Source: Bacillota bacterium (GTDB taxonomy: Bacteria > Bacillota > Ch66 > Ch109). From it: a stretch of DNA of 64,000 nucleotides. Under the pieces are notes generated by a model. The model did not search any database. It was not told where the DNA came from and was given only the letters and a program-made list of their open reading frames with translations. This document shows, in pieces, positions 50,860 through 61,005 of the stretch. Every line of letters begins with the position of its first letter. Position 1 is the first letter of the stretch. The position numbers and the translations under genes were made by a program. The stretch covers positions 1,669,503 to 1,733,502 of the forward strand of contig JBMNLH010000001.1 of NCBI GenBank assembly GCA_050952625.1, given 5' to 3'.

Positions 50860-52660
50860 TTATTTCTTAGACATCAAGCAAATGGTCTCAACGTGATACG
50901 TCCACGGAAACATGTCCACTGGCTGCACCTCCTGCACCTGGTAACCTTTGTCCACTAAAATCCGCAGATCTCGGGCCAGGGTGGCCGGGTTACAGGAAAC
51001 ATAGATAATCCTTGAGGGAGCCAGTTTTGCCACAGCCTCCAGCACGGTTAGCTCACAACCACGCCGAGGCGGGTCCAGGACAACTACAGTATTGTCATTA
51101 ATCAGTTCATTTCTATTTCTATTCGCCTTTCCGATGCTGCTGCAGTCATTCTCATACCTGATTCCACTCTCCAGCTCGTCTTTCGACCTATCCGAAAGTC
51201 GGGCTGTATTGGTCAGAGCAACTGTCTTTTCCTTTTCCGGGTTCGGTTCTTCATCCTGCTTATGACTTGGCTTGATTGGCTGTTGCCGTGACTGTTGCTG
51301 TAGCTGATGCTGAACTCGTTCCCTATCCCTTAGTAATGATTCTGATTCTGGTTCTCGTTTATATCTCCATCCCCGGCCTCGATTTACCCGCGGCCCCTGA
51401 ACCAACTGGGACAAACAGGCTTCCGCGGTTCCCTCATAAAAAACAGCATTCTGCAAGCCATTCAGCCTGGCATTCGCCCGAGCATCCCGCACCGCTTCCG
51501 AAACCACCTCAATCCCAATTAATTGAGCAGCGGCACGAGCCAGAAAGATGCCGATCGTCCCTACCCCACAGTAAATATCGATGACCGTTTCGTTTCCGGT
51601 AAGGGCGGCGTATTCGAACACCTTTTGGTACAGAACCTCGGTTTGAGCCGGGTTCACCTGATAAAAGCTAACCGGTGATAATAAGAATTTAAGATCCCCA
51701 ATCCGCTCCAAAAGACGCGGTCGCCCATAAATAACGCGGGTGGTTGGGCCAAGGATCGCTGCCTCCGGCCGAGGATTGATGTTTTCCGCCAGACAACGAA
51801 TTGCCGGAAATCGCGTCATCAATTCCGGGCCAAACTGACTGATCCACTGTCTCCACCAGGGATCACCAGCAGAAGCCACTATCCAGATAACAGCGATTTC
51901 CCCGGTAAAAGATGACTGCCGCAGCAGAATGTGCTTGAGGGGAAAGGTATCAGTTAATCTGAATCTAGTGTGCCCGTTAGACTGGTTAGACCCGTTAGGC
52001 TCGTTAGATTCGTTAGACCCATTAGACCCCTTATACCTGTTAGACTCATTCAACCCCTGCCCGATAAATGCCAGAATCTCTGACCACTCAGCCGGGATCA
52101 GTAAACAGTCCTCAAATTCGATCACCTGATGGGTGCCCGGTTGATAATAACCCAGACGGATACTGGCTGATTGTCTCTGTTTTTCGCTGATTGACGCGCC
52201 ATTATCTACATTTTCTAATAAAAAATTCGGTTCAGCCCCCGACTTTCCAACCCCCACATGCACCTCAATTTTGTTTCGATAACGCCAGGGATCGGCCATA
52301 CCTAAAGTCGGTCGTACGGTGACCTCTGGCAGCCGGCCAATCCGTTGCAGTGTCTCTTGAACAATTTTTTGTTTCAAACGCAACTGTTCCGGATAAGCGA
52401 CATGCTGCAGCGCGCATCCGCCGCACTGATTTAAGTAGGGACAATGCGGTGTAATCCGGTGAGGGGATGGCTGAACCACCCCGACTAATTGGCCGCGAGC
52501 AAAAGATCGTTTTAAGCCGGTTACCCGGGCTGAAACAACCTCTCCCGGCAAAGCCCCCGGGACAAAAACGACTTGTCCCTGAAACCGGCCCACCCCTTCT
52601 CCTTGATGACTCAGGCCATGAATACTAAGGGTTATCTCCTGACCTAAGGCTAAATCTGGT
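50860..52660 (-). CDS. rlmD: 23S rRNA (uracil-C5)-methyltransferase RlmD with low-complexity insertions
   Basis: TRAM-like ITLSIHGLSHQGEGVGR upstream of the called start, CPY...CGGC.LQH, SFYQVN, DIYCGVG, LDPPR.G, YVSCNP, DMFPWTYHVE. Start uncertain. Confidence 0.95.
51973..52053. repeat. 9-bp tandem repeat (nnnGTTAGA, about 8-9 units) inside rlmD
   Basis: cccgttaga ctggttaga cccgttagg ctcgttaga ttcgttaga cccattaga..., encoding SNx repeats. Confidence 0.85.
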
Positions 52661-52818
52661 CCTAGAGATTGATTAAGAGATTGACTATTTATTTTGGAAT
52701 CTATTCGGCCAGCCTTATTGCGAATTTTTTCTCTTCCTTTCCCAATCAGTTGTCTTCTTCCTCTGCAACAACCGTCACCTTATTAGTTTTCTCTTGGCTG
52801 AAATTCTGCCTCATCAAA

Positions 52819-53115
52819 TCAGGCATCACGATACCCGCGCAGAATCCGATCTATATATCTACTGCGTGGTTTGTGATCACGCTTTTTGTAATCATCTGTC
52901 ATAACGTAAGCCATAGCTGACATAAGCTTGCCATCGATATTTACTATAATATCTATCTTATCATAACAAGTTGGATAGCCTTCGTAACGATCTAATGAAC
53001 TTTCATTTTTGTTGGTTATCTCCCATACAAGGGCAGGGTTTTTCTTTCCCTCACTTCTTTCGATATTGGCATAGTGTGGCAAAGTGAGCTGCCAATTTTT
53101 AAAGTATGTTTTCAC
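52819..53115 (-). pseudogene. Gamma-glutamylcyclotransferase family fragment
   Basis: YANI...VWEIT....LDRYEGYP..Y; N-terminal YFAYGS motif absent. Confidence 0.7.
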
Positions 53116-53449
53116 TACATTTTATTGATTAGAATATAATACATACTTTAAGAAAAAAATACAATGAAATTTCCGATTTATTTATAATCTACTGATGTCC
53201 AGTCAATTACTATATCATTATAATTTATAGAATGTTCATTTCACTGCTTATCACAAATGAGTTGATACTTGCCATACCGTACCCCCATAAATCACATAAA
53301 GGGTAGTTTATAGTTTCAAGCTAAAATCAGACATATTTTCTTAGATAAATTATAGCATGAAATGCGCAAAAAACAAAATTTAATTTGTGAACGCAGATAT
53401 TTGTTGTGAATTAACCTGCTTTATGATATTCTTTATATCATAAGGTGAG

Positions 53450-53668
53450 GTGACAATAATGGCCGTAAGCTATAAAAAACTCTGGAAGCTCCTAATTGAT
53501 AAAGATATGAAAAAGAAAGATTTAAGAGAAGCAGCTGGTATCAGTACATCTTCTATGGCAAAACTCGGAAAAAACGAAAACGTAACGACTGATGTGCTTG
53601 TAAAGATTTGCAAGGCCTTAAATTGTGATATTTCTGATATCATGGAGATTACAAATGACGAAAATTAG
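53450..53668 (+). CDS. Cro/C1-type HTH regulator
   Basis: MAVSYKKLWKLLIDKDMKKKDL... Confidence 0.9.
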   Translation: MTIMAVSYKKLWKLLIDKDMKKKDLREAAGISTSSMAKLGKNENVTTDVLVKICKALNCDISDIMEITNDEN

Positions 53669-53725
53669 TAACTGTATGGCTACATAGACAATACTTTTAA
53701 ATGATTTCAGGCGGGGGTGTTTTTT

Positions 53726-53844
53726 TTGGAAGTATTTAATAATATAACAAAAATTGTCAAGGACGACTTAGCACAGGTTATCATGCCGAAAAGCAGGATT
53801 TCTGTTGCGGCTGCTTGCTTTTCAATTTATGCCTATAAGGAATT
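53726..53844 (+). pseudogene. N-terminal stub of a PLD/SNF2 helicase of Type III RM loci
   Basis: MEVFNNITKIVKDDL...SRISVAAACFSIYAYKE, then an abrupt junction. Confidence 0.7.
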
Positions 53845-54432
53845 CTCAACGCCGAAGACGGTGGCAACCGCAAATTTATCATGGTGCAATTGCCTGAGCC
53901 TTGCGACGAAAAATCCGAGGCCTATAAAGCAGGATATAAAACCATCGCTGAAATCGGTAAGGAGCGCATCCGCCGGGCAGGTAGAAAGATACTGGAGGAG
54001 CACCCAGAAGCAGCAGGCAAACTGGATATTGGCTTTCGCGTCCTGAAGGTGGATTCCACCAATATGAAAGATGTGTACTACAGGCCGGACGAATACACGC
54101 AGGATTTACTCTTTTCACTTACAGACAACATCAAACCCGACCGCACCCCGGAGGATCTGCTTTTCCAGGTCATGCTGGATCTGGGCGTGCTGCTGTCCAG
54201 CAAAATCGAAGAAATGGTCATCGGCGGCAAAAAAGTATTTGATGTGGCGGACGGGTACCTGATAGCCTGCTTTGACAATGATGTCACCGATGAGGTGGTC
54301 AGGGAAATAGCCAAAAGCCAGCCCTATTACGTCGTTTTCCGCGACAGCGGGATATCCAATGACAGTGTCGCCACCAATTTCGAGCAGATTTTTGAAACCT
54401 ACAGCCCGTCAACCATTAGGAAGGTGTTATAA
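53845..54432 (+). pseudogene. mod: C-terminal remnant of a Type III RM methyltransferase
   Basis: LNAEDGGNRKFIMVQLPE, IGKERIRRAG, DIGFRVLKVDS; DPPY and FxGxG motifs missing. Confidence 0.88.
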
Positions 54433-54433
54433 A

Positions 54434-55445
54434 ATGAGGGAACAAAATCTGGGTAAAATTCTAATATATAAAAATGAAAAAGGCGATACAAAAATAGATG
54501 TTTATTTCGAAGATGATACGATCTGGTTATCACAGAAAAGCCTTGCTGAATTATATCAAGTTCGCATTCCTACAATTAATGAACATATTAAGAATATACT
54601 TTCAGAAGGTGAACTCGACGACTCAACTATTAGGGAATTCCTAATAGTTCAAAATGAAGGCGGCAGACAGATTGAACGGTATATAAAACACTATAATTTC
54701 CAAATAGTGCTTGCTATTGGCTACCGTGTCCGTTCGCATGTCGGCATCCATTTCCGCAACTGGGCGTCTGGTGTTTTGACGGAATACAGCAAAAAGGGCT
54801 TTGCAATGAACGACGAGCGGCTGAAAAACCCGCAGCCTTTTGGAGCCGATTACTTTGATGAGCTGCTTGAGCGTATAAGAGACATCCGGGGCTTCGGAAA
54901 AGCGTTTCTATGAAAAGGTGAAAGAAATTTATGCAACTTCTGTGGATTATGATCCCAAAAGCGAGGCAGCTATACGCTTTTTTGCGAATGTACAAAACAA
55001 GATGCACTACAGCGTCCACGGCCATACAGCCGCTGAATTAATAGCCAAGCGGGCAGATGCAAGCAAACTTAATATGGGTCTCACGTCATTTAAAGGGGCT
55101 GTGGTCCGCAAAAGTGACGTCTCTATTGCCAAAAACTATCTTACCAAGGACGAAATTTCGGAACTCAATCGTATTGTAACCATGTATCTTGACTATGCGG
55201 AAGATCAGGCGAAACGTCATATCCCAATGCACATGGCAGATTGGGAAGAAAAACTGGACTCATTTTTGCGGTTTACCGGCCGGGAGGTATTGGAAAACTA
55301 TGGAACAGTATCTGCAGAGATTGCAAAACAACTGGCGGAGAGTGAATATGTAAAATTCGATGCCCGCCGCAAAATGCTGGCTAAGACTGATGTTAAACAG
55401 CTTGAAAACCATGTAAAACTAATTGGACGGGAGAAAAAATCATGA
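54434..55445 (+). CDS. Virulence RhuM family protein with a +1 frameshift near 54890
   Basis: IWLSQKSLAELY, AIGYRVRS, DYFDELLERIRDIR / ASEKRFY, VQNKMHY, ELNRIV. Confidence 0.85.
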
Positions 55446-58400
55446 AATTTCAGTTTAAGATACAGCAATATCAGACCGATGCCGTGAGCAGCATTGTCAA
55501 TATCTTTGCCGGGCAGCCCTTTTCAGACCGGATCAGTTATGTGCGGGATTTGGGCATTACCAAGAAAAATCAGTATACCCAAATGTCCATGTTTAACGAG
55601 CCTGGCTCTCCGGATGGTGAGGCCGCTATAGGCTTTGAAAATGCGCGGCTTACACTATCCCCCGGACAACTTCTGCAAAACATCCGCAACATGCAGGCAC
55701 GCAACAACATCAAGCAGTCCGAGACCTTGGTCAGCCACCTAGGGGCTTGCAGCCTGGATGTGGAAATGGAAACCGGCACAGGCAAAACCTATGTCTACAT
55801 AAAGACCATTTTTGAACTGAATAAGCGTTACGGCTGGAGCAAATTTATCGTGGTGGTTCCTTCCATTGCCATCCGTGAAGGGGTATATAAAACTTTTCAG
55901 ATTACCCAGGACCACTTCATGGAGCATTATGGGAGGAAAGCCCGCTTTTTCGTCTACAACAGCAAGAATTTATCTGAACTTGACAATTTTAGTGCCAGTA
56001 GCGGGATAAATGTCATGATTATCAATATCCAGGCCTTTAATACTTCTTTAAAAGAAGGTGGCCGAAGCAAGGAAGCACGCCGCATTTATGAAAAGCTGGA
56101 TGAATTCGGCAGCCGCAGGCCTATTGACGTCATCAAGGCCAACCGCCCCATCCTCATTCTGGATGAGCCGCAGAAAATGGGCGGAAACAAGACCCAGAAA
56201 GCACTGGCTAATTTTAATCCCCTGTTCTGCCTGAACTACTCGGCTACCCATATCCAGCACCATAATCTCGTCTATGTCCTGGATGCAGTGGATGCTTACA
56301 ACAAACGGCTGGTAAAGAAAATTGAAGTTAAAGGATTTGAAGTCAAGAACCTAAGAGGTACCGACAGGTATTTGTTCCTTGAGAATATCATCATCTCACC
56401 CAAGAAGCCGCCGGTGGCCAAAATTGAACTGGAAATCAAATACCAGAAATCAATCAACCGCGAGTCGCGTATCCTCAAAGTAGACGACGACCTTTATTTT
56501 GTATCCAACGAAATGGAACAGTATAAAGGATACCATATCAGCGATATTGATCCAATAAGCGGTACGGTAACCTTTACCAACGGCGTGGTACTCACCCGGG
56601 GAGAGGTTATCGGTGATGTTTCAGAAAAGGACCTGCGCCGGATCCAAATCCGGGAAACTATTATTTCCCATTTTGAAAAGGAAAAACACCTGTTTGAGCT
56701 GGGTATCAAGACCCTTTCCCTGTTTTTCATAGACGAAGTGGCCAAGTACCGCAAATATAACGAAGCAGGCGAAGAAATCAACTCCGAATACGGGGAAATG
56801 TTCGAGCAGGAATATATTAGCGTGCTGAACGATTATATTACTTTGGAAGACACACCTTACGTTCGTTACCTGAAAAGCATTGATCCCGCCAAAACCCACG
56901 CGGGGTATTTCAGCATTGACAGGCACGGCCGCAAGGTGGACAGCCCTACCAAACGGGGAAGTGATGAAAGCGACGACATTTCCGCCTATGACCTGATTCT
57001 TAAAGATAAAGAACGCCTTTTGAACTTTGAGGAACCGGTCCGCTTTATCTTTTCCCACTCAGCCCTGCGGGAAGGCTGGGACAACCCTAATGTCTTTCAG
57101 ATCTGCACTTTAAAGCACGGTGGCTCAAGCCCTACCCATAAACGGCAGGAAGTAGGCCGGGGCTTACGCCTGTGTGTAAACCAAAGAGGTGAACGGATGG
57201 ACGTGGAAAAGTGCGCCAATTCCGTCCACTCCATCAACTTGTTGACGATTATTGCCAGCGAAGGCTACAGAAATTTTGTGGCTGATTTGCAGACCGGCAT
57301 CAAAGAGGCCTTGTATGAACGGCCCACCAAAGCAACGGTAGAATATTTTACAGGCAAGACCGTTATAGCCGGAGAGGAAATGCATGTGCTTAGCGTGCAA
57401 GAAGCCAGAGACATCTACCGCTATCTCATTAAGAATGATTATATTGACAACAACGATAGCATTACAGAAAGCTACCGGACAGACCTGGAAAACAACTGTT
57501 TGGCTTCGCTGCCTGAATCCCTCGCGCCCTTTGGTGAAGGTGTGCATGCGTTGATCCAGAGCGTGTTTGACGAGAGCGTCTTAAGCAGGATGATAGAAGA
57601 TGGCAACAGGACCAAAATTCCAGAAAACGCTCTCAACGAGAATTTTTATAAAAAGGAATTCCAAACCCTCTGGAATTATATTAACCACAGGTACGCCTAC
57701 ACAGTCGAGTTTGACAGCCGGGAATTGATTGAAAAAGCCATTAAACATATCAATGAAAATATGTACGTTTCCCAGCTTCAATACACGGTTACCGCCGGCA
57801 GACAGGCAGACGAGCTGGACGGGAACGCCGTTGCCCTTGGTATTAGCTTTGTCCGGGAAAATGCCAGGACGGAGACCCTGAAGCATGCTGCAACAAGTCA
57901 GATCAAATATGACTTGATAGGTAAAATTGCTGAAGGCACTACCCTCACCCGCCGTACGGTTGCAGCTATATTGGCTGGAATTGAAAAACCGGTATTTGCA
58001 TGTTTTAAACAGAATCCTGAAGAATTTATTGCTAAAGCAATACGCTTAATAAACGAACAAAAGGCCACTATGATTGTTGAGCATATTTCTTATGATCAGA
58101 TTGAAAAGCAGTATGACAACAGCATTTTCACTGCTGAAAAGGGAACAGGCGATATTGCAAAAGCATTCCGGGCCAAGAAAAACATCCAGGATTATGTATT
58201 TACAGACGGAACCGCTGAAAAAAGCGTAGAGTGCTGCTTTGCGGAAGATATGGATAAAGCCGATGAAGTCTGTGTCTATGCCAAGCTGCCGAAAGGCTTT
58301 GCCATTCCAACTCCAGTTGGGAACTACTCGCCGGACTGGGCAATTGCCTTTTATGAAGGTACTGTAAAACACATTTATTTCATAGCTGAGACCAAAGGAA

Positions 58401-58546
58401 CAATGGAAAGCCTGAACCTGCGTCCTATCGAGCAGGCCAAAATAAAATGTGCCAAGAAGCTTTTCAATCAGCTGTCCACAAGCAAGGTCAAGTATCATGA
58501 TGTAGACAGTTACCAGAGTCTCTTGAATATTATGGGCAAGCTGTGA
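55442..58546 (+). CDS. res: Type III restriction endonuclease subunit
   Basis: METGTGKT, DEPQ, LREGWDNPN, QEVGRGLR, YSPDW...IAETKG. Confidence 0.93.
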   Translation: MKFQFKIQQYQTDAVSSIVNIFAGQPFSDRISYVRDLGITKKNQYTQMSMFNEPGSPDGEAAIGFENARLTLSPGQLLQNIRNMQARNNIKQSETLVSHLGACSLDVEMETGTGKTYVYIKTIFELNKRYGWSKFIVVVPSIAIREGVYKTFQITQDHFMEHYGRKARFFVYNSKNLSELDNFSASSGINVMIINIQAFNTSLKEGGRSKEARRIYEKLDEFGSRRPIDVIKANRPILILDEPQKMGGNKTQKALANFNPLFCLNYSATHIQHHNLVYVLDAVDAYNKRLVKKIEVKGFEVKNLRGTDRYLFLENIIISPKKPPVAKIELEIKYQKSINRESRILKVDDDLYFVSNEMEQYKGYHISDIDPISGTVTFTNGVVLTRGEVIGDVSEKDLRRIQIRETIISHFEKEKHLFELGIKTLSLFFIDEVAKYRKYNEAGEEINSEYGEMFEQEYISVLNDYITLEDTPYVRYLKSIDPAKTHAGYFSIDRHGRKVDSPTKRGSDESDDISAYDLILKDKERLLNFEEPVRFIFSHSALREGWDNPNVFQICTLKHGGSSPTHKRQEVGRGLRLCVNQRGERMDVEKCANSVHSINLLTIIASEGYRNFVADLQTGIKEALYERPTKATVEYFTGKTVIAGEEMHVLSVQEARDIYRYLIKNDYIDNNDSITESYRTDLENNCLASLPESLAPFGEGVHALIQSVFDESVLSRMIEDGNRTKIPENALNENFYKKEFQTLWNYINHRYAYTVEFDSRELIEKAIKHINENMYVSQLQYTVTAGRQADELDGNAVALGISFVRENARTETLKHAATSQIKYDLIGKIAEGTTLTRRTVAAILAGIEKPVFACFKQNPEEFIAKAIRLINEQKATMIVEHISYDQIEKQYDNSIFTAEKGTGDIAKAFRAKKNIQDYVFTDGTAEKSVECCFAEDMDKADEVCVYAKLPKGFAIPTPVGNYSPDWAIAFYEGTVKHIYFIAETKGTMESLNLRPIEQAKIKCAKKLFNQLSTSKVKYHDVDSYQSLLNIMGKL

Positions 58547-58625
58547 ATACGGTTATCAAAATGTTCGCAGCCAAAAGAGATCATCTTCTTTCTTTTTAGT
58601 ATATATCCCCATAATTATTATACCT

Positions 58626-59648
58626 TTATTTTCTTATACTGTTGTATACAGCTAATGCATCGGTAATATTATACTGTTCTGTATGGTGATTCCCTTTCGC
58701 ACCAGCTGAAATCAGGATATATTCTTGTTTACCCACATTGGCGAAACTCGCGAGACATAGGCCGGCTTCATCGGTATATCCGGTTTTTCCTCCTAAAATT
58801 TTCCCATCAATAATGTTTTGATTGTTGAGTGTTTCAAACATGGTACTGTAAAAGGATATCCCACCAGGGTGCTTATTAGTAGGTGGTGTGGAATGACGGG
58901 ATGAAGTGAAAATCTCCCGGAAAGTATCATTTTGCAAAGCATAGCATAGAAGAATAGCCAGATCTTTGACTGTTGTGTAGTGGTTTTCATTGTGAAGTCC
59001 GGTCGCATTTTCAAAAAGGGTATTCTCCATACCCAGTTCTGCCGCCTTTTGATTCATTATTTTTACAAAATTCTGCTCTGATCCCGCAATCTGATCAGCA
59101 AGTCCAATACAGCACTCTGCGCCGCTCGGCAACATTACTCCATATAACAGATCAATTGCCCTGACCTGCTCACCTGGCTGGAAACCGGCCATTGATGCAT
59201 TTGCTTCGTACAGCCCCTGAAAAGTAGAATTGGTAAGTTTGATTTTTCCCTTCAGATCAGGTAATTCTTCTATCGCAACAAGGGCTGTCATCATTTTAGT
59301 TAAAGAAGCGGGATAGATTTTTTCTTCACTATTTTTCTGCATCAGAATGGTATGATCTTTTAAACGGATCAAAACCACATTAGGACTGTTCAGCTTGTCG
59401 GGAGATATAGAAACAGAGGGATTAGGTTCTATCTTTGACGGAGGAACCGGTGTTGTTCTATCGTCAGAGGAATCGGGGGTTATCTTTAAATAAGAATATG
59501 ACGAGGTTTTATCGCGATATTCTTTCTCAAATATTTGGTGGCTTCCTAGAGTAGCGATGGATTTGTAAACCAAAGCAGCAATGACAACCGTCAATAAAAA
59601 AGCTATAAATATGCCTATTCCTGACTTTTTCTTTGTTACTTTTCGCAC
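58626..59648 (-). CDS. D-alanyl-D-alanine carboxypeptidase (S11)
   Basis: N-terminal TM, PASLTK, LPSGA, GKTG. Confidence 0.9.
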   Translation of the reverse strand: MRKVTKKKSGIGIFIAFLLTVVIAALVYKSIATLGSHQIFEKEYRDKTSSYSYLKITPDSSDDRTTPVPPSKIEPNPSVSISPDKLNSPNVVLIRLKDHTILMQKNSEEKIYPASLTKMMTALVAIEELPDLKGKIKLTNSTFQGLYEANASMAGFQPGEQVRAIDLLYGVMLPSGAECCIGLADQIAGSEQNFVKIMNQKAAELGMENTLFENATGLHNENHYTTVKDLAILLCYALQNDTFREIFTSSRHSTPPTNKHPGGISFYSTMFETLNNQNIIDGKILGGKTGYTDEAGLCLASFANVGKQEYILISAGAKGNHHTEQYNITDALAVYNSIRK

Positions 59649-59720
59649 TATATAAATCAGCTCCTTATTCTGTGCTGATATTATTCAACCACAGAACAAG
59701 GAGCGATTTTGGAATTCTAA

Positions 59721-59746
59721 CTTATGAACTTCTTAAGATTTTCTTA
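59721..59746 (-). promoter_or_regulatory. Putative OmpR/VanR-type tandem binding site
   Basis: CTTA at 59721, 59732 and 59743 (11-bp period), ~75-100 bp upstream of the carboxypeptidase. Confidence 0.45.
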
Positions 59747-60095
59747 TCCCTATATACAAAATTGGATGAATTTGCATAAAGGTTTATGCCAGATTTGGAC
59801 TTATTTGGATATCCTGCGAAGCGATATTTTATTACACCTTATCTTCTTATAAATCAATCTCTGATAATATTAGACCCTTACCAATAAATTTATCAATATT
59901 TATATCAATATTTTTATCCCTCGCTTATTCTTTCCTTCATTTCTTTGGTAAAATTTAGGTGCTTGTTGTTGCTCTCTTATCAGTTCCGAAATTTTCACAA
60001 TAGCAACAGTTGTGTTTGCTGTGAGCGCTCGCGCCCGTTGCACCAAACATATCCACCGGGGATTTTGACCGCCCATATGGTCTGCCGTGTCATAT

Positions 60096-60143
60096 TAAAT
60101 CGAACAGAATATAATTGACTAAATCGAACAAAATACATATAAT
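60096..60143 (+). promoter_or_regulatory. Sigma-A promoter with operator repeats of the Phd-PIN operon
   Basis: TTGACT-N17-TATAAT (60115-60143); TAAATCGAACA at 60096 and 60120. Confidence 0.75.
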
Positions 60144-60180
60144 ACAATTGGACAAAACGTAAGCGGAAGGAGCGAACGAC

Positions 60181-60414
60181 ATGCGTGTGTCAGCCACCGA
60201 ATTTAAAATGAACATGGGCAAGTATATCGAGCGCGCCGCGGTCGAGGACATCATCATCACCCGCAACGGCAAGGACGTCGCGCTCCTTACAAACGTCGAA
60301 GGTAAAAAGAAAGACGCGCTCAAATCCCTGCGCGGCATTTTAAAGGGCGTCGATGTCACCCGGGAGGAGATACGCGAGGAAAGGCTGGCAAGGTACAATG
60401 AAGATCCTAATTGA
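60181..60414 (+). CDS. Phd/YefM family antitoxin
   Basis: VSATEFK.NMGKY, IIITRNGK. Confidence 0.9.
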   Translation: MRVSATEFKMNMGKYIERAAVEDIIITRNGKDVALLTNVEGKKKDALKSLRGILKGVDVTREEIREERLARYNEDPN

Positions 60415-60808
60415 CACCAACGTCATCATCGACTACCTTGTCGACCGGACGCCTTTCGCGGATCATGCCGAACGGGTGCTGGAGCTCTGCAGAAGCGGCG
60501 AGGTTGAGGGCTTTCTCACCGCCAGTGCCGTTACCGACATCTACTATGTGGTAAGAAAAGCGGCCGGGAGGGATAAAACGCTGGAAGCCATCCGGACGCT
60601 GTGCTCCGTTCTGGATATCGCCGACGTCGGGAAAACGGACGTCCTCGGCGCGATGGAGCTTGACATGCCGGACTACGAGGACGCGCTTGCCGCTCAGTGC
60701 GCTAGGCGCATCAAGGCGGACTGCATCGTAACGCGCAACATCGCCGACTTTGTGTCCTCGCCGGTTCCCGCAAAAGAGCCAGCCGCCTTTCTCAGGCAGT
60801 TTGATTGA
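60398..60808 (+). CDS. PIN-domain (VapC-like) toxin
   Basis: MKILIDTNVIID, DYEDA, IVTRN..DF; overlaps the antitoxin. Confidence 0.9.
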   Translation: MKILIDTNVIIDYLVDRTPFADHAERVLELCRSGEVEGFLTASAVTDIYYVVRKAAGRDKTLEAIRTLCSVLDIADVGKTDVLGAMELDMPDYEDALAAQCARRIKADCIVTRNIADFVSSPVPAKEPAAFLRQFD

Positions 60809-60814
60809 AAGCAC

Positions 60815-60840
60815 CGCCGAAAGGCGGCCTTTCTTTTTCC
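60815..60840 (+). terminator. Rho-independent terminator
   Basis: CCGCC-GAAA-GGCGG followed by a T-rich tail. Confidence 0.65.
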
Positions 60841-61005
60841 CCACCGCCCACCTTGTTTCGCCGTTATCTCCGAGTGGCATCTCGTGTACAGGCCCATGAG
60901 GTTGCCATCCTCGTTAGTTCCGCCTTTAGATAAAGGGATAAGGATACTATGGTGCGCCTCTTCGGCCGGAATATAAAAATTTCATCTAAAAGGAATGCAA
61001 AAACA

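Larger units (their letters stand above)
20205..50895 (-). mobile_element. Composite defence island at the 3' end of rlmD
   Basis: Bounded by the rlmD DMFP-x-HVE site and an HVET scar; serine recombinase remnant; AT-rich cargo; several defence systems. Confidence 0.75.

Noticed and set aside
53840-53845. GAATTC at the helicase/mod junction as a cloning scar
   Set aside because: A single 6-mer that forms naturally from the two joined coding sequences; no vector sequence
55570-58498. Numerous antisense ORFs over res (and similar ones over the pst, transposase and helicase genes)
   Set aside because: Shadow ORFs of long real genes; no motifs or RBS
60043-60060. Minus-strand PVDMF as a further rlmD half-site
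   Set aside because: Match ends before the Pro-x-Thr codons and lacks the other module motifs; may be chance
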